In this document: in pieces, positions 13,001-25,827 of the stretch
Position numbering within the stretch: position 1 is the stretch's first letter
Layout of the letters: every line of letters begins with the position of its first letter
Source of the DNA: Squalus acanthias
Lineage: Eukaryota
Reading direction: 5' to 3'
NCBI GenBank assembly: GCA_030390025.1
Contig: CM059438.1
Coordinates: 53,942,001-54,006,000, forward strand
DNA: 64,000 bases
Notes under the pieces: model-generated
What the model was told of the DNA's origin: nothing
What the model saw: only the letters and a program-made list of their open reading frames with translations
The model's database searches: none
Program-made: the position numbers and the translations under genes

Positions 13001-16000
13001 GTGTGTAACTGGGGAGGATGGGCCCAGTGAGATCAGACAGTGTGTAACTGGGGAGGAAGGGCCCAGTGAGATCAGACAGTGTGTAACTGGGGAGGATGGG
13101 CCCCAGTGAGATCAGACAGTGTGTAACTGGGGAGGATGGGCCCCAGTGAGATCAGACAGTGTGTAACTGGGGAGGATGGGCCCAGTGTGATCAGACAGTG
13201 TGTAACTGGGGAGGATGGGCCCAGTGAGATCTGTCAGTGTGTAACTGGGGAGGATGGGCCCAGTGAGATCAGACAGTGTGTAACCCGGGGAGGATGGGCC
13301 CCAGTGAGATCAGACAGTGTGTAACCCGGGAGGATGGGCCCAGTGAGATCAGACAGTGTGTAACTGGGGAGGATGGGCCCCAGTGAGATCAGACAGTGTG
13401 TAACCCGGGAGGATGGGCCCAGTGAGATCAGACAGTGTGTAACCCGGGGAGGATGGGCCCCAGTGAGATCAGACAGTGTGTAACCCGGGGAGGATGGGCC
13501 CCAGTGAGATCAGACAGTGTGTAACTGGGGAGGATGGGCCCCAGTGAGATCAGACAGTGTGTAACTGGGGAGGATGGGCCCACTGAGATCAGACTGTGTG
13601 TAACCCGGGGAGGATGGGCCCCAGTGAGATCAGACAGTGTATAATCCGGGGAGGATGGGCCCCAGTGAGATCAGACAGTGTGTAACTGGGGAGGATAGGC
13701 CCAGTGTCATCAGACAGTGTGTAATCCGGGGAGGATGGGCCCCAGTGAGATCAGACAGTGTGTAACTGGGGAGGATGGGCCCAGTGAGATCAGACAGTGT
13801 ATAACCCGGGGAGGATGGGCCCCAGTGAGATCAGACAGTGTGTAACTGGGGAGGATGGGCCCCAGTGAGATCAGACAGTGTGTAACCCGGGGAGGATGGG
13901 CCCCAGTGAGATCAGACAGTGTGTAACTGGGGAGGATGGGCCCCAGTGAGATCAGACAGTGTGTAACCCGGGGAGGATGGGCCCACTGAGATCAGACTGT
14001 GTGTAACTGGGGAGGATGGGCCCCAGTGAGATCAGACAGTGTGTAACCCGGGGAGGATGGGCCCACTGAGATCAGACTGTGTGTAACCCGGGGAGGATGG
14101 GCCCCAGTGAGATCAGACAGTGTGTAACTGGGGAGGATGGGCCCCAGTGAGATCAGACAGTGTGTAACTGGGGAGGATGGGCCCCAGTGAGATCAGACAG
14201 TGTGTAACTGGGGAGGATGGGCCCAGTGTGATCAGACAGTGTGTAACTGGGGAGGATGGGCCCCAGTGAGATCAGACTGTGTGTAACCCGGGGAGGATGG
14301 GGCCCAGTGAGATCAGACAGTGTGTAACTGGGGAGGATGGGCCCCAGTGAGATCAGACAGTGTATAACCCGGGGAGGATGGGGCCCAGTGAGATCAGACA
14401 GTGTGTAACTGGGGAGGATGGGCCCAGTGAGATCAGACAGTGTGTAACTGGGGAGGAGGGGCCCCAGTGAGATCAGACAGTGTGTAACTGGGGAGGATGG
14501 GCCCCAGTGAGATCAGACAGTGTGTAACCCGGGGAGGATGGGCCCCAGTGAGATCAGACAGTGTGTAACCCGGGGAGGATGGGCCCAGTGAGATCAGACA
14601 GTGTGTAACTGGGGAGGATGGGCCCAGTGAGATCAGACAGTGTGTAACCCGGGGAGGATGGGCCCCAGTGAGATCAGACAGTGTGTAACCCGGGGAGGAT
14701 GGGCCCACTGAGATCAGACAGTGTGTAACCCGGGGAGGATGGGCCCAGTGAGATCAGACAGTGTGTAACCCGGGGAGGATGGGCCCAGTGAGATCAGACA
14801 GTGTGTAACCCGGGGAGGATGGGCCCCAGTGAGATCAGACAGTGTGTAACTGGGGAGGATGGGCCCCAGTGAGATCAGACAGTGTATAACCCGGGGAGGA
14901 TGGGCCCCAGTGAGATCAGACAGTGTATAACCCGGGGAGGATGGGCCCCAGTGAGATCAGACAGTGTGTAACTGGGGAGGATGGGCCCCAGTGAGATCAG
15001 ACAGTGTATAACCCGGGGAGGATGGGCCCCAGTGAGATCAGACAGTGTATAACCCGGGGAGGATGGGCCCCAGTGAGATCAGACAGTGTGTAACTGGGGA
15101 GGATGGGCCCCAGTGAGATCAGACAGTGTGTAACTGGGGAGGATGGGCCCAGTGAGATCTGTCAGTGTGTAACTGGGGAGGATGGGCCCAGTGAGATCAG
15201 ACAGTGTGTAACTGGGGAGGATGGGCCCCAGCGAGATCAGACTGTGTGTAACCCGGGGAGGATGGGGCCCAGTGAGATCAGACAGTGTGTAACTGGGGAG
15301 GATGGGCCCCAGTGAGATCAGACAGTGTATAACCCGGGGAGGATGGGCCCCAGTGAGATCAGACAGTGTATAACCCGGGGAGGATGGGCCCCAGTGAGAT
15401 CAGACAGTGTGTAACTGGGGAGGATGGGCCCCAGTGAGATCAGACAGTGTGTAGTCCGGGGAGGATGGGCCCAGTGTGATCAGACAGTGTGTAACCCGGG
15501 GAGGATGGGCCCCAGTGAGATCAGACAGTGTATAACCCGGGGAGGATGGGCCCCAGTGTGATCAGACAGTGTGTAACCCGGGGAGGATGGGCCCCAGTGT
15601 GATCAGACAGTGTGTAACTGGGGAGGATGGGCCCCAGTGAGATCAGACAGTGTGTAACTGGGGAGGATGGGCCCCAGTGAGATCAGACAGTGTGTAACTG
15701 GGGAGGATGGGCCCCAGTGAGATCAGACAGTGTGTAACTGGGGAGGATGGGCCCAGTGAGATCAGACAGTGTGTAACTGGGGAGGATGGGCCCAGTGAGA
15801 TCAGACAGTGGGTAACTGGGGAGGATGGGGCCCAGTGAGATCAGACAGTGTGTAACCCGGGGAGGATGGGCTCAGTGAGATCAGACAGTGTGTAACCCGG
15901 GGAGGATGGGCCCCAGTGAGATCAGACAGTGTGTAACCCGGGGAGGATGGGGCCCAGTGAGATCAGACAGTGTATAACCCGGGGAGGATGGGGCCCAGTG

Positions 16001-18665
16001 AGATCAGACAGTGTGTAACTGGGGAGGATGGGCCCAGTGAGATCAGACAGTGTGTAACCTGGGGAGGAGGGGCCCAGTGAGATCAGACAGTGTGTAACTG
16101 GGGAGGATGGGCCCAGTGAGATCAGACAGTGTGTAACCTGGGGAGGAGGGGCCCCAGTGAGATCAGACAGTGTGTAACTGGGGAGGATGGGCCCAGTGAG
16201 ATCAGACAGTGTGTAACTGGGGAGGAGGGGCCCCAGTGAGATCAGACAGTGTGTAACTGGGGAGGAGGGGCCCCAGTGAGATCAGACAGTGTGTAACCCG
16301 GGGAGGATGGGGCCCAGTGAGATCAGACAGTGTGTAACCCGGGGAGGATGGGCCCAGTGAGATCAGACAGTGTGTAACTGGGGAGGAGGGGCCCCAGTGA
16401 GATCAGACAGTGTGTAACCCGGGGAGGATGGGCCCCAGTGAGATCAGACAGTGTGTAACCCGGGGAGGAAGGGCCCACTGAGATCAGACAGTGTGTAACC
16501 CGGGGAGGATGGGCCCAGTGAGATCAGACAGTGTGTAACCCGGGGAGGATGGGCCCGGTGAGATCAGACAGTGTGTAACCCGGGGAGGATGGGCCCAGTG
16601 AGATCAGACAGTGTGTAACTGGGGAGGATGGGCTCAGTGAGATCAGACAGTGTGTAACCCGGGGAGGATGGGCCCAGTGAGATCAGACAGTGTGTAACTG
16701 GGGAGGATGGGCCCAGTGAGATCAGACAGTGTGTAACTGGGGAGGATGGGCCCCAGTGAGATCAGACAGTGTATAACCCGGGGAGGATGGGCCCAGTGAG
16801 ATCAGACAGTGTGTAACTGGGGAGGATGGGCCCAGTGTGATCAGACAGTGTGTAACTGGGGAGGATGGGCCCAGTGAGATCAGACAGTGTATAACCCGGG
16901 GAGGATGGGCCCCAGTGAGATCAGACAGTGTGTAACTGGGGAGGATGGGCCCAGTGAGATCAGACAGTGTGTAACCCGGGGAGGATGGGCCCCAGTGAGA
17001 TCAGACAGTGTGTAACTGGGGAGGATGGGCCCCAGTGAGATCAGACTGTGTGTAACTGGGGAGGATGGGCCCCAGTGAGATCAGACAGTGTGTAACTGGG
17101 GAGGATGGGCCCCAGTGAGATCAGACAGTGTGTAACTGGGGAGGATGGGCCCAGTGAGATCAGACAGTGTGTAACTGGGGAGGATGGGCCCCAGTGAGAT
17201 CAGACTGTGTGTAACTGGGGAGGATGGGCCCAGTGAGATCAGACAGTGTGTAACTGGGGAGGATGGGCCCCAGTGAGATCAGACAGTGTGTAACTGGGGA
17301 GGATGGGCCCCAGTGAGATCAGACAGTGTGTAACTGGGGAGGATGGGCCCCAGTGAGATCAGACAGTGTGTAACTGGGGAGGATGGGCCCAGTGAGATCA
17401 GACAGTGTGTAACTGGGGAGGATGGGCCCAGTGAGATCAGACAGTGTGTAACTGGGGAGGATGGGCCCCAGTGAGATCAGACTGTGTGTAACCCGGGGAG
17501 GATGGGCCCCAGTGAGATCAGACAGTGTGTAACTGGGGAGGATGGGCCCCAGTGAGATCAGACAGTGTGTAACTGGGGAGGATGGGCCCAGTGAGATCAG
17601 ACAGTGTGTAACTGGGGAGGATGGGCCCAGTGAGATCAGACAGTGTGTAACTGGGGAGGATGGGCCCAGTGAGATCAGACAGTGTGTAACTGGGGAGGAT
17701 GGGCCCAGTGAGATCAGACAGTGTGTAACTGGGGAGGATGGGCCCCAGTGAGATCAGACAGTGTGTAACTGGGGAGGATGGGCCCCAGTGAGATCAGACT
17801 GTGTGTAACCCGGGGAGGATGGGCCCCAGTGAGATCAGACAGTGTGTAACCCGGGGAGGATGGGCCCCAGTGAGATCAGACAGTGTGTAACTGGGGAGGA
17901 TGGGCCCCAGTGAGATCAGACTGTGTGTAACCCGGGGAGGATGGGCCCCAGTGAGATCAGACAGTGTGTAACCCGGGGAGGATGGGCCCCAGTGAGATCA
18001 GACAGTGTGTAACTGGGGAGGATGGGCCCCAGTGAGATCAGACAGTGTGTAACTGGGGAGGATGGGCCCAGTGAGATCAGACAGTGTGTAACTGGGGAGG
18101 ATGGGCCCCAGTGAGATCAGACAGTGTGTAACTGGGGAGGATGGGCCCCAGTGAGATCAGACAGTGTGTAACTGGGGAGGATGGGCCCAGTGAGATCAGA
18201 CAGTGTGTAACTGGGGAGGATGGGCCCCAGTGAGATCAGACTGTGTGTAACCCGGGGAGGATGGGCCCCAGTGAGATCAGACAGTGTGTAACTGGGGAGG
18301 ATGGGCCCAGTGAGATCAGACAGTGTGTAACCCGGGGAGGATGGGCCCCAGTGTGATCAGACAGTGTGTAACTGGGGAGGATGGGCCCAGTGAGATCAGA
18401 CAGTGTGTAACTGGGGAGGATGGGCCCCAGTGAGATCAGACTGTGTGTAACCCGGGGAGGATGGGCCCCAGTGAGATCAGACAGTGTGTAACTGGGGAGG
18501 ATGGGCCCAGTGAGATCAGACAGTGTGTAACCCGGGGAGGATGGGCCCCAGTGTGATCAGACAGTGTGTAACTGGGGAGGATGGGCCCAGTGAGATCAGA
18601 CAGTGTGTAACCCGGGGAGGATGGGCCCCAGTGTGATCAGACAGTGTGTAACTGGGGAGGATGGG
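10031..18665. repeat. 39-41-bp minisatellite (CAGTGTGTAACCCGGGGAGGATGGGCCCAGTGAGATCAGA), ~215 copies
   Basis: 8.6 kb head-to-tail array with no unique spacers. Confidence 0.98.
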
Positions 18666-18729
18666 TTGTGTCTGTGAGGGGTCAGTGGGGGAGGGGGGTT
18701 CCCTGTGTCTCAGAGTTGGGGTCGTATGC

Positions 18730-18998
18730 GTGTACATGACGTCAGACGGTGGGCGGGGCTGCATGACGCCAGGCGGTGGGCGGGGTCTGATGGCGGTGGG
18801 CGGGGCCGGGTACACGGTGCGGTGGGCGGGGTCTGGTGACGCGGTGCGGTGGGCGGGGTCTGGTGACGCGGTGTGGTGGGCGGGGCTGGTGACGCGGTGC
18901 GGTGGGCGCGGGGAGGGTGTGTCGGTGACGCGGCGGGGGGCGGGGCTGGTTGCGCGTGGAGCCGGGGTCAGAGGACGGGGAGTGAGAGCGCGAGCGAG
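18730..18998 (+). promoter_or_regulatory. ppa1 proximal promoter and 5' UTR: CRE plus GC-box cluster in a CpG-rich region
   Basis: Perfect CRE TGACGTCA at 18737-18744, several TGACG half-sites and about 7 GGGCGGGG boxes. No TATA box. Lies directly upstream of the ATG at 18999. Confidence 0.75.
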
Positions 18999-19056
18999 AT
19001 GTACCGGATTGAGGAGCGCGGCGGCGAGAACACCGGCACCTACCGGCTTTACCTGA
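18999..19056 (+). CDS. ppa1: ppa1 exon 1 (MYRIEERGGENTGTYRLYL, phase 1)
   Basis: Resembles PPA1 TEERAAPFSLEYRVFL. Donor GTGAGT at 19057. Confidence 0.88.
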
Positions 19057-19299
19057 GTGAGTGAGCCCAGAGAGGGGTGGGGGTGGCCCGGCGCGGGGGG
19101 GGCCCGGCGCGGGGGGAGAGGCTGGTTGGCCGGGTGTCGGCAGCGTGCTCGCCCTCCTCCCCGGGCCTCCACTGATTGCCGGGATCCCCGGGCTGGGCTG
19201 CGTTTTCTCTGGTGTTCAGGCGGTGGGAGGGAGCTGCTCCCGAGCGGCTTACAGGGGAGGGGGAGGGGGAGGGCTGGATGGGTTTTAGTTTTGGGGGGA

Positions 19300-20575
19300 G
19301 GATTTGGGGGGTGTTAGGTTGGTGGCGGGGGGGCCGGGTTGGTTGGTTTGTTTGGGGGTGAGGGGTAGGGTTGGTTTGGGGGGGAGGGGGTGCCGGGTTG
19401 GTTTGGGGGGGAGGGGGTGCCGGGTTGGTTTGGGGGGGGAGGGGGTGCCGGGTTGGTTTGGGGGGGGAGGGGGTGCCGGGTTGGTTTGGGGGGGGAGGGG
19501 GTGCCGGGTTGGTTTGGGGGGGGGAGGGGGTGCCGGGTTGGTTTGGGGGGGGAGGGGGTGCCGGGTTGGTTTGGGGGGGGGGAGGGGTGGGTTGGTTTGG
19601 GGGGGGGGAGGGGGTGGGTTGGTTTGGGGGGGGGAGGGGGTGGGTTGGTTTGGGGGGGGGAGGGGGAGGGTTGGTTTGGGGGGGGAGGGGGTGGGTTGGT
19701 TTGGGGGGGGAGGGGGTGCCGGGGTGGTTTGGGGGGGAGTGGGTGGGGTGGTTTGGGGGGGAGCGGGGGGGTGGGTTGGTTTGGGGGGGAGGGGGTGCCG
19801 GGGTGGTTTGGGGGGAGTGGGTGGGTTGGTTTGGGGGGGAGGGGGAGGGGTGGTTTGGGGGGAGTGGGTGGGTTGGTTTGGGGGGGAGGGGGTGCCGGGG
19901 TGGTTTGGGGGGAGTGGGTGGGTTGGTTTGGGGGGGGAGGGGGTGCCGGGGTGGTTTGGGGGGAGTGGGTGGGTTGGTTTGGGGGGGAGGGGGTGCCGGG
20001 GTGGTTTGGGGGGAGTGGGTGGGTGGGTTGGTTTGGGGGGGGGAGGGGGTGCCGGGGTGGTTTGGGGGGAGTGGGTGGGTGGGTTGGTTTGGAGGGGAGG
20101 GGGTGCCGGGGTGGTTTGGGGGGGGAGGGGGTGCCGGGGTGGTTTGGGGGGGGAGGGGGTGCCGGGGTGGTTTGGGGGGGGAGGGGGGTGCCGGGGTGGT
20201 TTGGGGGGGAGGGGGTGCCGGGGTGGTTTGGGGGGGGAGGGGGTGCCGGGGGTGGTTTGGGGGGGAGGGGGTGCCGGGGTGGTTTGGGGGGGAGGGGGTG
20301 CCGGGTTGGTTTGGGGGGGAGGGGGTGCCGGGGTGGTTTGGGGGGAGTGGGTGGGTGGGTTGGTTTGGAGGGGAGGGGGTGCCGGGGTGGTTTGGGGGGA
20401 GTGGGTGGGTGGGTTGGTTTGGAGGGGAGGGGGTGCCGGGGTGGTTTGGGGGGAGTGGGTGGGTTGGTTTGGGGGGGAGGGGGTGCCGGGGTGGTTTGGG
20501 GGGAGTGGGTGGGTTGGTTTGGGGGGAGGGGGTGCCGGGGTGGTTTGGGGGGGAGGGGTGGGTGGGTTGGTTTTG
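19300..20575. repeat. G-rich degenerate ~27-30-bp repeat (GCCGGGTTGGTTTGGGGGGGAGGGGGT) in intron 1
   Basis: Tandem GGTTTG(G)nA(G)nT units. Confidence 0.93.
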
Positions 20576-20646
20576 GGAATGCTGGGTTGGCTAATGGGGT
20601 GCTCCCACTGTGTTTCTGACACTCTCTCTCTGTTTCTCTCTTAAAG

Positions 20647-20711
20647 GCAATGCCAAGGGCCAGTTCCTGTCTCCTTTCCATGACATCCCGCTGTACGCGG
20701 CAAAGACTCAG
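20647..20711 (+). CDS. ppa1: ppa1 exon 2 (SNAKGQFLSPFHDIPLYAAKTQ)
   Basis: Pyrimidine tract and AAG acceptor, SPFHDIP motif, donor GTAATT. Confidence 0.95.
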
Positions 20712-21084
20712 GTAATTGGGTGCACGTCTGCCCCCACCCCCCAGGCCAGTGTCTGTCCTGTTGTGTGTGTGTGCCCCCCCCCCCCCCCCCCCCCCCCCCA
20801 AACCTATCTGCTACCTCTGTCCCCCCCACCCCCGACTGGTGTCTGTTACTTCTTCCCCCGCCCTTTCCCTTTGCTCCACACCTGCCCTTGACAGTGTGTG
20901 GGGCTTTGGCTATTCTTAGCAGCGGCTGTCCTTGCATGTGGATGTGACAGATGAGGAGCAGTCCCTTCCTTCTCCGCACCCCATGACTGGAGCAACCTGC
21001 AATCCTATTCCTTGATGAATGAGTGTGGGCGCTTGTTCAGGATGCCCCTGATTCCCTTGGGTCCTGTTATTTCAGCTTGTGAAG

Positions 21085-24000
21085 ATGTTCTTTGGCAGGT
21101 TCTAGATGCCGAGAGTCCAAGGCACCACAGGTGGCTCAGCTGCACGGGGGGAGGAAGAAGAATGGAAGAGCAATAGTGGTAAGGGATTCGACAGTTACGG
21201 GAGCAGACGGGCGTTTCTGCGGCCGTAGACGTGACTCCAGGATGGTATGTTGCCTCTCTGATGCCAGGGTCATGGATGTCACCGAGCGGCTGCAGTGCAT
21301 TCTGGGGGGAGAGGGTGAACAGCCAGAGGTCGTTGTCCATATCGGTACCAATGACATTCGTAGAAAGAGGAATGAGGTCCCTCAGGCAGAGTTTAGGGAA
21401 CTAGGAAAGAGATTAAAAAGCAGGATCTCAAAGGTAGTAATCTCCGGATTACTCCCGGTGCCATGTGCTAGTGAGTACAGAAATAGGAGGATAGAGCAGA
21501 TGAATGCGTGGCTGGAGAGATGGGGCAGGTGGGAGGGCTTTAGATTCCTGAGGCATTGGGACCGTTTCTGGAGGAGGTGGGACCTGTACAAGCCGGACAG
21601 GTTGCACCTCAACGGGAACGGGACCAATATCCTCACGGGGGCTTTGCTAGTGCTGTTGGTGGGGGTTTAAACTAGCTTGGCAGGGGGATGGGAACCTGAG
21701 AATAGATTCAGAAGGGAGAGAAGCAAAGCTGGAATTAGAAAGCAGAAAAGTAGAAAGTGAATTTGGAAGACAGAGGAAGCAAGGGCTAGAAAATAGACAA
21801 CAAGGGAGTTTGGCAGTGCTAAATGGTATGTACTTCAATGTAAGGATTATAGGGAATAAGGCAGGTGAGCTGAGAGCACAGATAGACACTTGGGAGTATG
21901 ATATTATAGCTATTACTGAGACATGGCTGAAAGAAGGGCAGGTATGGCAGCTCAACATTCCTGGTTACAGGGTTTTCAGGCGAGATAGAGGGGGGCGGGG
22001 GGGGTCACAGTATTGATTAAATTAACAATTGCAGCTGTGAGGAGGGATGATATGTTAGAAGGCTCATCAAATGAGGCCATATCACAGAATCCCCACAGTG
22101 CAGATAGAGGCCATTTCGGCCCATCGAGCCTGCACCGACACATATCCCAGCCTATCCCCGTAACCCCACGTATTTAATCCCCCCTAACACTAAGGGTCAA
22201 TTTATCATAGCCAAATCAACCTAACCCGCACATCTTTGGACTGTGGGAGGAAACCGGAGCACCCGGAGGAAACCCACGCAGACACGGGGCGAATGTGCAA
22301 ACTCCACACAGACAGTCACCCGAGGCCGGATTCGAACCCAGGTCCCTGGCGCTGTGAGGCAACAGTGCTAACCACTATGCCACTGTGCTGGGTTGAATTG
22401 AAGAACAAAAAAGGGGCGATCACACTGCTGGGAGTGTACTATAGACCCCCAAACAGTCAGAGATAGAAGAGCAAATGTGTAGGCAAATTTCTGAGAAGTG
22501 CAAAAACTATAGGGCAGTAATAGTAGGGGATTTTAACTACCCTAATATAAACTGGGATAAAATGAGTGTGAAAGGTATAGAGGGTGCAGAATTCCTAAAA
22601 TGCATTCAGAGAACTTTTTTAGCCAGTATGTAACAAGCCCAACAAGGGAGGGGGCGGTTCTGGACTTAGTTTTAGGGAATGAAGCTGGGCAGGTGGAAGG
22701 GGCATCAGTGGGAGAGCATTTTGGTGCTAGTGATCATAATTCAGTTAGATTTAGGGTAGTTATGGAAAAGGACAAAGATAGACCAGGAATAAAAGTTCTC
22801 AATTGGGGAAAAGCCAATTTTGCTAAGCTGAGATGGGATTTAGCCAAAGTGGACTGGAAACAGCTACTTGAAGGTAAATCAGTGGGAGGCATTCAAGGAG
22901 GAGATCCTGAGGGTTCAGAGCAAGTATGTTCCCTTAAAGAAAAAGGGTGGGACTAACAAATCTAGAGCCCCCTAGATGTCATGGGACATACAGGGTAAGA
23001 TAAGGAAAAAAAGGGAGGCTTATGACAGATACCGAGGGCTCAATACTGCAGAAACTCTAGAGGAATATAGAAAGTGCAGGGGTGCAATTAAAAAGGAAAT
23101 TAGGAAAGCGAAGAGAGAGCATGAAAAAATTTTGGCACGTAAAATCAAGGAAAACCCAAAGATGTTTTATAAATATATTAAGAGTAAGAGGATAACTAAA
23201 GAAAGGGTAGGGCCTATTAGAGATCATGAGGGTAATCTGTGTGGAGGCGGAAGACGTGGGTATGGTTCTTAATGAATACATTGCGTCTGTTTTCACAAAA
23301 GAGAGGGGCGAAGCAGACATAGCTATCGGGGGAGGAGTGTGAAATATTAGATGAAATAAACATAGTGAGAGAGGAAGTATTAGGGGGCTTAGCAGCTTTG
23401 AAAGTGGATAAATCCCCAGGCCCGGATGAAATGTATCCCAGGCTGTTAAGAGGAAATAGCAGAGGCTCTGACCATAATTTTCCAATCCTCTCTGGCTACA
23501 GGTGTGGTGCTGGAGGATTGCTAACATTGTACCTTTGTTTAAAAAGGGAGAAAGGGATAGACCGAGTAATTGCAGGCCAGTCAGCCTAACCTCGGTGCTG
23601 GGAAAATTATTGGAAAAAGTTCTGAGGGACAGGTTAAATCTTCATTTAGAAAGACACGGATTAATCAAGGATAGTCGGCATGGATTTGTTAAGGGACAGT
23701 CGTGTCTGACGAACTTGATTGAATTTTTTGAGGAGGTAACAAGGAGGGTTGATGAGGGTTGTGCGTTTGATGTAGTGTATATGGATTTTAGCCAGGCTTT
23801 TGATAAGGTCCCACATGGCAGACTGGTCACGAAAGTAAAAGCCCATGGGATCCAGGGCAAAGTGTCAAGTTGGATTCAAAACTGGCTCGGAGACAGGAAG
23901 CAGAGGGTAAAGTTTGATGGGTGTTTTTGTGACTGGAAGGCTGTTCCCAGTGGGGTTCCGCAGGGCTCAGTACTAGGTCCTTTGCTTTTTGTGGTATATA

Positions 24001-24958
24001 TCAATGATCTAGACTTGAATATAGGGGGTATGATTAAGAAGTTTGCAGATGATACTGAAATCGACTGTGGTTGACACTGAAGAAGGAAGCTGTAGACTGC
24101 AGGAAGATATCAATGAACTGGTCAGGTGGGCAGAACAGTGGCAAATGGAATTCAATCTGGAGAAGTGTGAGGTAATACATTTGGGGAGGACTAACAAGGA
24201 AAGGGAATACACATTAAACGGTAGGACACTGAGTAGTGTAGAGGAACAAAGGGACCTTGGAGTACATGTCCACAGATCCCTGAAGGTACCAGGCCAGGTA
24301 GACAAGGTAGTTAAGAAGGCATACGGAATGCTTGCCTTTATTAGCCGAGGCATAGAATACAAGAGCAGGGGGGTTATGCTTCAACTGTATAAAACACTAG
24401 TTAGGCCACAGTTAGAGTACTGCGTGCAGTTCTGGTCACCACATTACAGGAAAGATGTGATTGCACTAGAGAGGGAACAGAGGAGAGTTACGAGGATGTT
24501 GCCTGGACTGGAGAATTTTAGCTACGAGGAAAGATTGGATAGGCTGGGTTTGTTTTCTTTGGAACAGAGGAGGCTGAGGGAGACCTTTATTGAGGTGTAT
24601 AAAATTATGAGGGACCTCGATAGAATGGACAGGAAGGACCTATTTCCTTTAGCAGTGTGGTCAACAACCAGGGGGCATAGATTTAAAGTAATTGGTGGAA
24701 GGTTTAGAGGGGATTTGAGGGGAAATTTCTTCACCCAGAGGGTGGTTGGGGTCTGGAACTCGCTGCCTGAAAGGGTGGTAGAGGCAGGAACCCTCACCAC
24801 AAGTGCTTGGGTGTGCACTTGAAGTGCCGTAACCTACAGGGCTACGGACCAAGAGCTGGAAAGTGGGATTAGGCTGGCTAGCTCTTTGTCGGCCGGCGCA
24901 AACACGATGGGCCGAAATGGCCTCCTTCCGTGCTGTAAATTTCTGAGATTCTGTGATT
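21085..24958 (+). mobile_element. Near-complete but frameshifted CR1 LINE (ORF1 esterase, ORF2 APE-RT, 3' UTR)
   Basis: ORF1 SGNH-like motifs VVVHIGTND and DRLHLN; APE motifs ITETWL, GDFNYP and SDHNSV; RT motifs QGSVLGPLLF and KFADD; CR1 tail. Confidence 0.93.
22083..22388 (-). mobile_element. tRNA-derived V-SINE (HE1-like) inserted in the CR1 APE domain
   Basis: Minus-strand A box TGGCATAGTGG and B box GGTTCGAATCC, V-domain-like GCGTGGGTTTCCTCCGGGTGCTCCGGTTTCCTCCCACAGTCC, and a CR1-type tail. It splits the CR1 codons EAI|WVEL. Confidence 0.88.
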
Positions 24959-25827
24959 AGCTGCCTGTCTGCGAGCTGGGTGAGGCTGGGCGCTAGGCTG
25001 GCTCAATGTTTGGCAAGGCAGGGTCCAGTTCATGCAGTTTTTGCCATAGATGTTCCCTAGGCTCAGGCTCAGCCTCCTCTGCTCTACCCCACAGGGGCCC
25101 AGATGTGACCCCATTTCACACTTTTGGCCTAGTGTTTAGGAGGTCTTGTCAAATGCCAGGTTTGGGGGCATGGTGAGGTACCTCTCCATGTTTGTGAGGT
25201 AGTGCAGTCCAACAGGCCACAGCTTTCATACCTTTATCATGTCGGCCATGTTGATTGAAAACGATCCATAAAAGTTCTGGAGCTTATCCTGGAAAGTTGA
25301 CTGTAAACACTATTCTCGGGTCATCGGGATAGTGTCCTGGACACAGCATGGCCAGAATAGACCTGAAACATGCTAACTTTCACAGGACTATTTGGCCATG
25401 TTGTTAGTACCAGGTTCCCTTTCCAAGGCTGCAGCTTCTACTTCAGGGTAATACCCTCCAGCCATTCTCTGGCCTCCGGTTGTTTCTGAAATACCCAGTC
25501 CTTGTGCAGCCAGTTTTCGGTGTCAGTTAATTTGCCCTTGCTTTAATGGGCAAGCCAGCCTAGCAACTTGTGTTCAGGAGCCTTGTTTCGAGTCACAGCA
25601 ACAGGTAACGTTGGTTGATCCCTTTATGTTTCTAGTCTGAATGCTTGACTGTTGATGAGATCCTTTGCCTGTGATCTGCTCACAAATTGGCTTTGGAGTA
25701 GGATGGCTGTCAAAAAGAAAGGAGTACTGTGCATTTAGCCACAACGCTCCTTGAAGTTTGGTCACTGCACCCATGTCACAAGTGCTTCATGTAAGATGTG
25801 GGCTGGGAGGGGTTACACATAGATAAT

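Noticed and set aside
10031..18665. CRISPR array
   Set aside because: Units are head-to-tail with no unique spacers, there are no cas genes, and the context is eukaryotic. The same applies to the other arrays.
18873..18998. N-terminal extension or mitochondrial presequence of the PPase
   Set aside because: The frame is open but has no ATG, runs through GC boxes, and is Gly/Ala-rich with acidic residues, unlike a presequence.
18736..19056. Overlapping uORF ending at the exon 1 donor
   Set aside because: Its ATGs lie within the CRE/GC-box cluster, probably upstream of the transcription start site. There is no evidence they are transcribed.
19285..20801. Long Pro- and Gly-rich ORFs (400-495 aa)
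   Set aside because: They are open in several frames on both strands because the G-rich repeat lacks stop codons, and they lie in ppa1 intron 1.
21092..21670. Host SGNH hydrolase gene
   Set aside because: It is CR1 ORF1, directly followed by APE-RT.
22320..22388. tRNA gene
   Set aside because: The A and B boxes belong to a SINE head. The same applies at ~53950-54010.
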